Origin: Candidatus Hydrogenedentota bacterium
GTDB lineage: Bacteria > Hydrogenedentota > Hydrogenedentia > Hydrogenedentales > SLHB01
Assembly: GCA_963674865.2 (NCBI GenBank)
Contig: CAXXYE010000009.1
Span: forward strand, 1,856,001-1,920,000
Direction of reading: 5' to 3'
Length of the DNA stretch: 64,000 bases
Part shown: positions 59,231 to 64,000 of the stretch, piece by piece
Numbering within the stretch: position 1 is the first letter of the stretch
Layout of the letters: each line of letters starts with the position of its first letter
Translations under genes and position numbers: made by a program
Notes under the pieces: generated by a model
The model's input: the letters and a program-made list of their open reading frames with translations, nothing else
Told to the model about the DNA's origin: nothing
Database searches by the model: none

Positions 59231-59368
59231 TTAGGAACTAGTCTCTTCCTTCGCGGCGAACATCGTGCTCAGGGCGTCGAGGATCGCAACGACGAAGTCA
59301 ATGAGTGTGCTCACGGGGATATCGTCGGCCTTTGCAGGACTCTTGGTGACGGACTTGATATGTTTCAT
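59231..59368 (-). CDS. MKH-leader peptide, 45 aa, putative RiPP precursor
   Basis: MKHIKSVTKSPAKA-DDIPVSTLIDFVVAILDALSTMFAAKEETSS; AGGAG RBS. Confidence 0.87.
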   Translation of the reverse strand: MKHIKSVTKSPAKADDIPVSTLIDFVVAILDALSTMFAAKEETSS

Positions 59369-59445
59369 ACGGCATGTCTCCTGAAAGCATAGGTTTAACG
59401 CACCAAACAACACACTGCGTATACTGGCGCGCCAAATCAGGCGCG

Positions 59446-59474
59446 AGTATATCACCGCCGGCAGGGATTGTCAA
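59446..59474 (-). promoter_or_regulatory. Near-consensus sigma70 promoter of the peptide operon
   Basis: TTGACA (59474-59469), 17-bp spacer, TGn extension and TATACT (59451-59446). Confidence 0.8.
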
Positions 59475-59945
59475 CTGAACCCTTCGCCGTAACTACCATA
59501 TTTTGTGGTACATAGCGGGGCTGCCACCAGGATCGGTGGCGCGCATCATCTCATCCCATCAGATATACATTCGATGACAACGCCCGTTACAGCCGATGCT
59601 TGGCGTACGGCTACGCCGCCATCCATCCGGCGCTCAACCGGCCGGATCCGCGGTTGTGGTCTGGGCAACGCTTAAGTAACAAAACAAGGGGGGAAGCCTC
59701 GCAAGGCCGTCCCATCTGTCCAACGGCAGACGTGGAAGTGAGGATGACACCGATTTCTGCGCTGGGCGGCGAGACGGGCGCGAGTCCCGATGACAGCCGC
59801 GCAATAAATGAGAAACTATGCGGCCCTACCGATGTATTGTTTATAATGCGCTCATGAACTCGCGGTGGCCGGGGGCCGACCTTGGTATGCCTCCAAGCCT
59901 GCTGGTCATGAGACGTTGGCAAGATTGGCGCATCTGTTTACTTGA

Positions 59946-63130
<3,185 letters not shown>

Positions 63131-63134
63131 GGAA

Positions 63135-63914
63135 ATGCCTGTGCCGGAAGCGAATGACGTGCTGATCGTGGTCAAGGATCTTGTGACTCACTATGGCGAG
63201 ACGCAGGTCCTGGATAACGTATCGCTTGAGGTAAAGCGGGGCGAGGTACTCGTCATTCTCGGCGGGAGCGGCTGCGGCAAGACGACGCTGCTCAAGCACA
63301 TGACGGGACTTCTCCAGCCTACCGCCGGGCAGATTCTCTACGCTGGGCGAGACATAACGCTCTTGGACGAGGAAGAGTTGGCCGAGGTCCAACGCGGCAT
63401 CGGCATTGCGTTCCAGTCCAGTGGCCTGTTCAACTCGATGACGGTCGGCGATAACGTCGCGCTGCCTCTCCGCGAATACGGGGACATGGATGAGAGGCTG
63501 GTGAAGCCGCTGGTACGGCTGAAGCTCAGTCTTGTGGGCCTCGCCCACGCGGAGAATCTGATGCCTGACGAGTTGAGCGGGGGCATGCGGAAACGGGCCG
63601 GGCTGGCGCGGGCCATCGCCCTCGATCCGCCCATCGTTTTCTTCGACGAGCCTTCCGCCGGACTGGATCCGATTATGGCTTCGGGATTGGATGACCTCGT
63701 CCTCGAACTAAACCATTTGCTGGGCATCACGTTTGTCATCGTGACACACGAACTCGATTCGATTCGCAAAGTGGCGGATCGGGCGCTTATGCTGGATCAG
63801 GGACGCGTTGTTTTCTGCGGCGCCGTCGCGGAGGCGGAAGCGTCCGAGACGCCGCGGGTACGTCAATTCTTCGAGCGGCGCGCCGATGAGTACATCGGCC
63901 AGCAAGTGCGATAG
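63135..63914 (+). CDS. mlaF: MlaF-family ABC ATP-binding protein
   Basis: GGSGCGKTT, LSGGMRKRAGLARA, DEPSAGLDP. Confidence 0.9.
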   Translation: MPVPEANDVLIVVKDLVTHYGETQVLDNVSLEVKRGEVLVILGGSGCGKTTLLKHMTGLLQPTAGQILYAGRDITLLDEEELAEVQRGIGIAFQSSGLFNSMTVGDNVALPLREYGDMDERLVKPLVRLKLSLVGLAHAENLMPDELSGGMRKRAGLARAIALDPPIVFFDEPSAGLDPIMASGLDDLVLELNHLLGITFVIVTHELDSIRKVADRALMLDQGRVVFCGAVAEAEASETPRVRQFFERRADEYIGQQVR

Positions 63915-63943
63915 AAGAAACACGCTGATAGGAGCAGAACCGG

Positions 63944-64000
63944 GTGGCGACAAAGGCACAGAAAACGAAAGTGGGATTGTTCCTGCTGGCCTCAGTTGTG
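63944..64000 (+). CDS. 5' end of an MlaD/MCE family protein (cut by the window edge)
   Basis: MATKAQKTKVGLFLL after an AGGAG RBS, following mlaEF. Confidence 0.65.
   Translation, partial: MATKAQKTKVGLFLLASVV

Overview
GC-rich bacterial chromosome segment; the gene mix is reminiscent of Candidatus Hydrogenedentota, but that is only an impression. Most of it is housekeeping or metabolic: cobO, argS, sat, rmlC/rmlD, ugd, panE, a divergent thyA, yceD-rpmF-plsX-fabD-fabG, queC, rsgA, ligA and mlaEFD. Main discovery: a candidate undescribed ribosomal-peptide (RiPP-like) system at about 53.1-59.5 kb. A near-consensus sigma70 promoter drives two short peptide genes with an MKH(I/V)(K/R)SV...A leader. 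These are followed by a terminator, two GNAT acyltransferases, a CPBP/Abi protease, an ABC exporter, and an RRE + catalytically dead radical-SAM/SPASM + GNAT fusion that keeps only the AuxII cluster ligands. Two more orphan peptides with the same leader sit at 2008-2157 and 9283-9450; the latter is absent from the ORF track. All four peptides have acidic, amphipathic cores and a near-C-terminal Lys. Other notable items: a leader-peptide attenuator upstream of rsgA; three tandem 1494-bp units encoding mosaic Pmp-like beta-helix proteins; a DUF2946-like leader ahead of a His-rich ABC system whose permease carries a circularly permuted IPT-like insertion; and several families of intergenic repeats. 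No rRNA, tRNA or CRISPR array was seen. All calls are by eye, without database searches.
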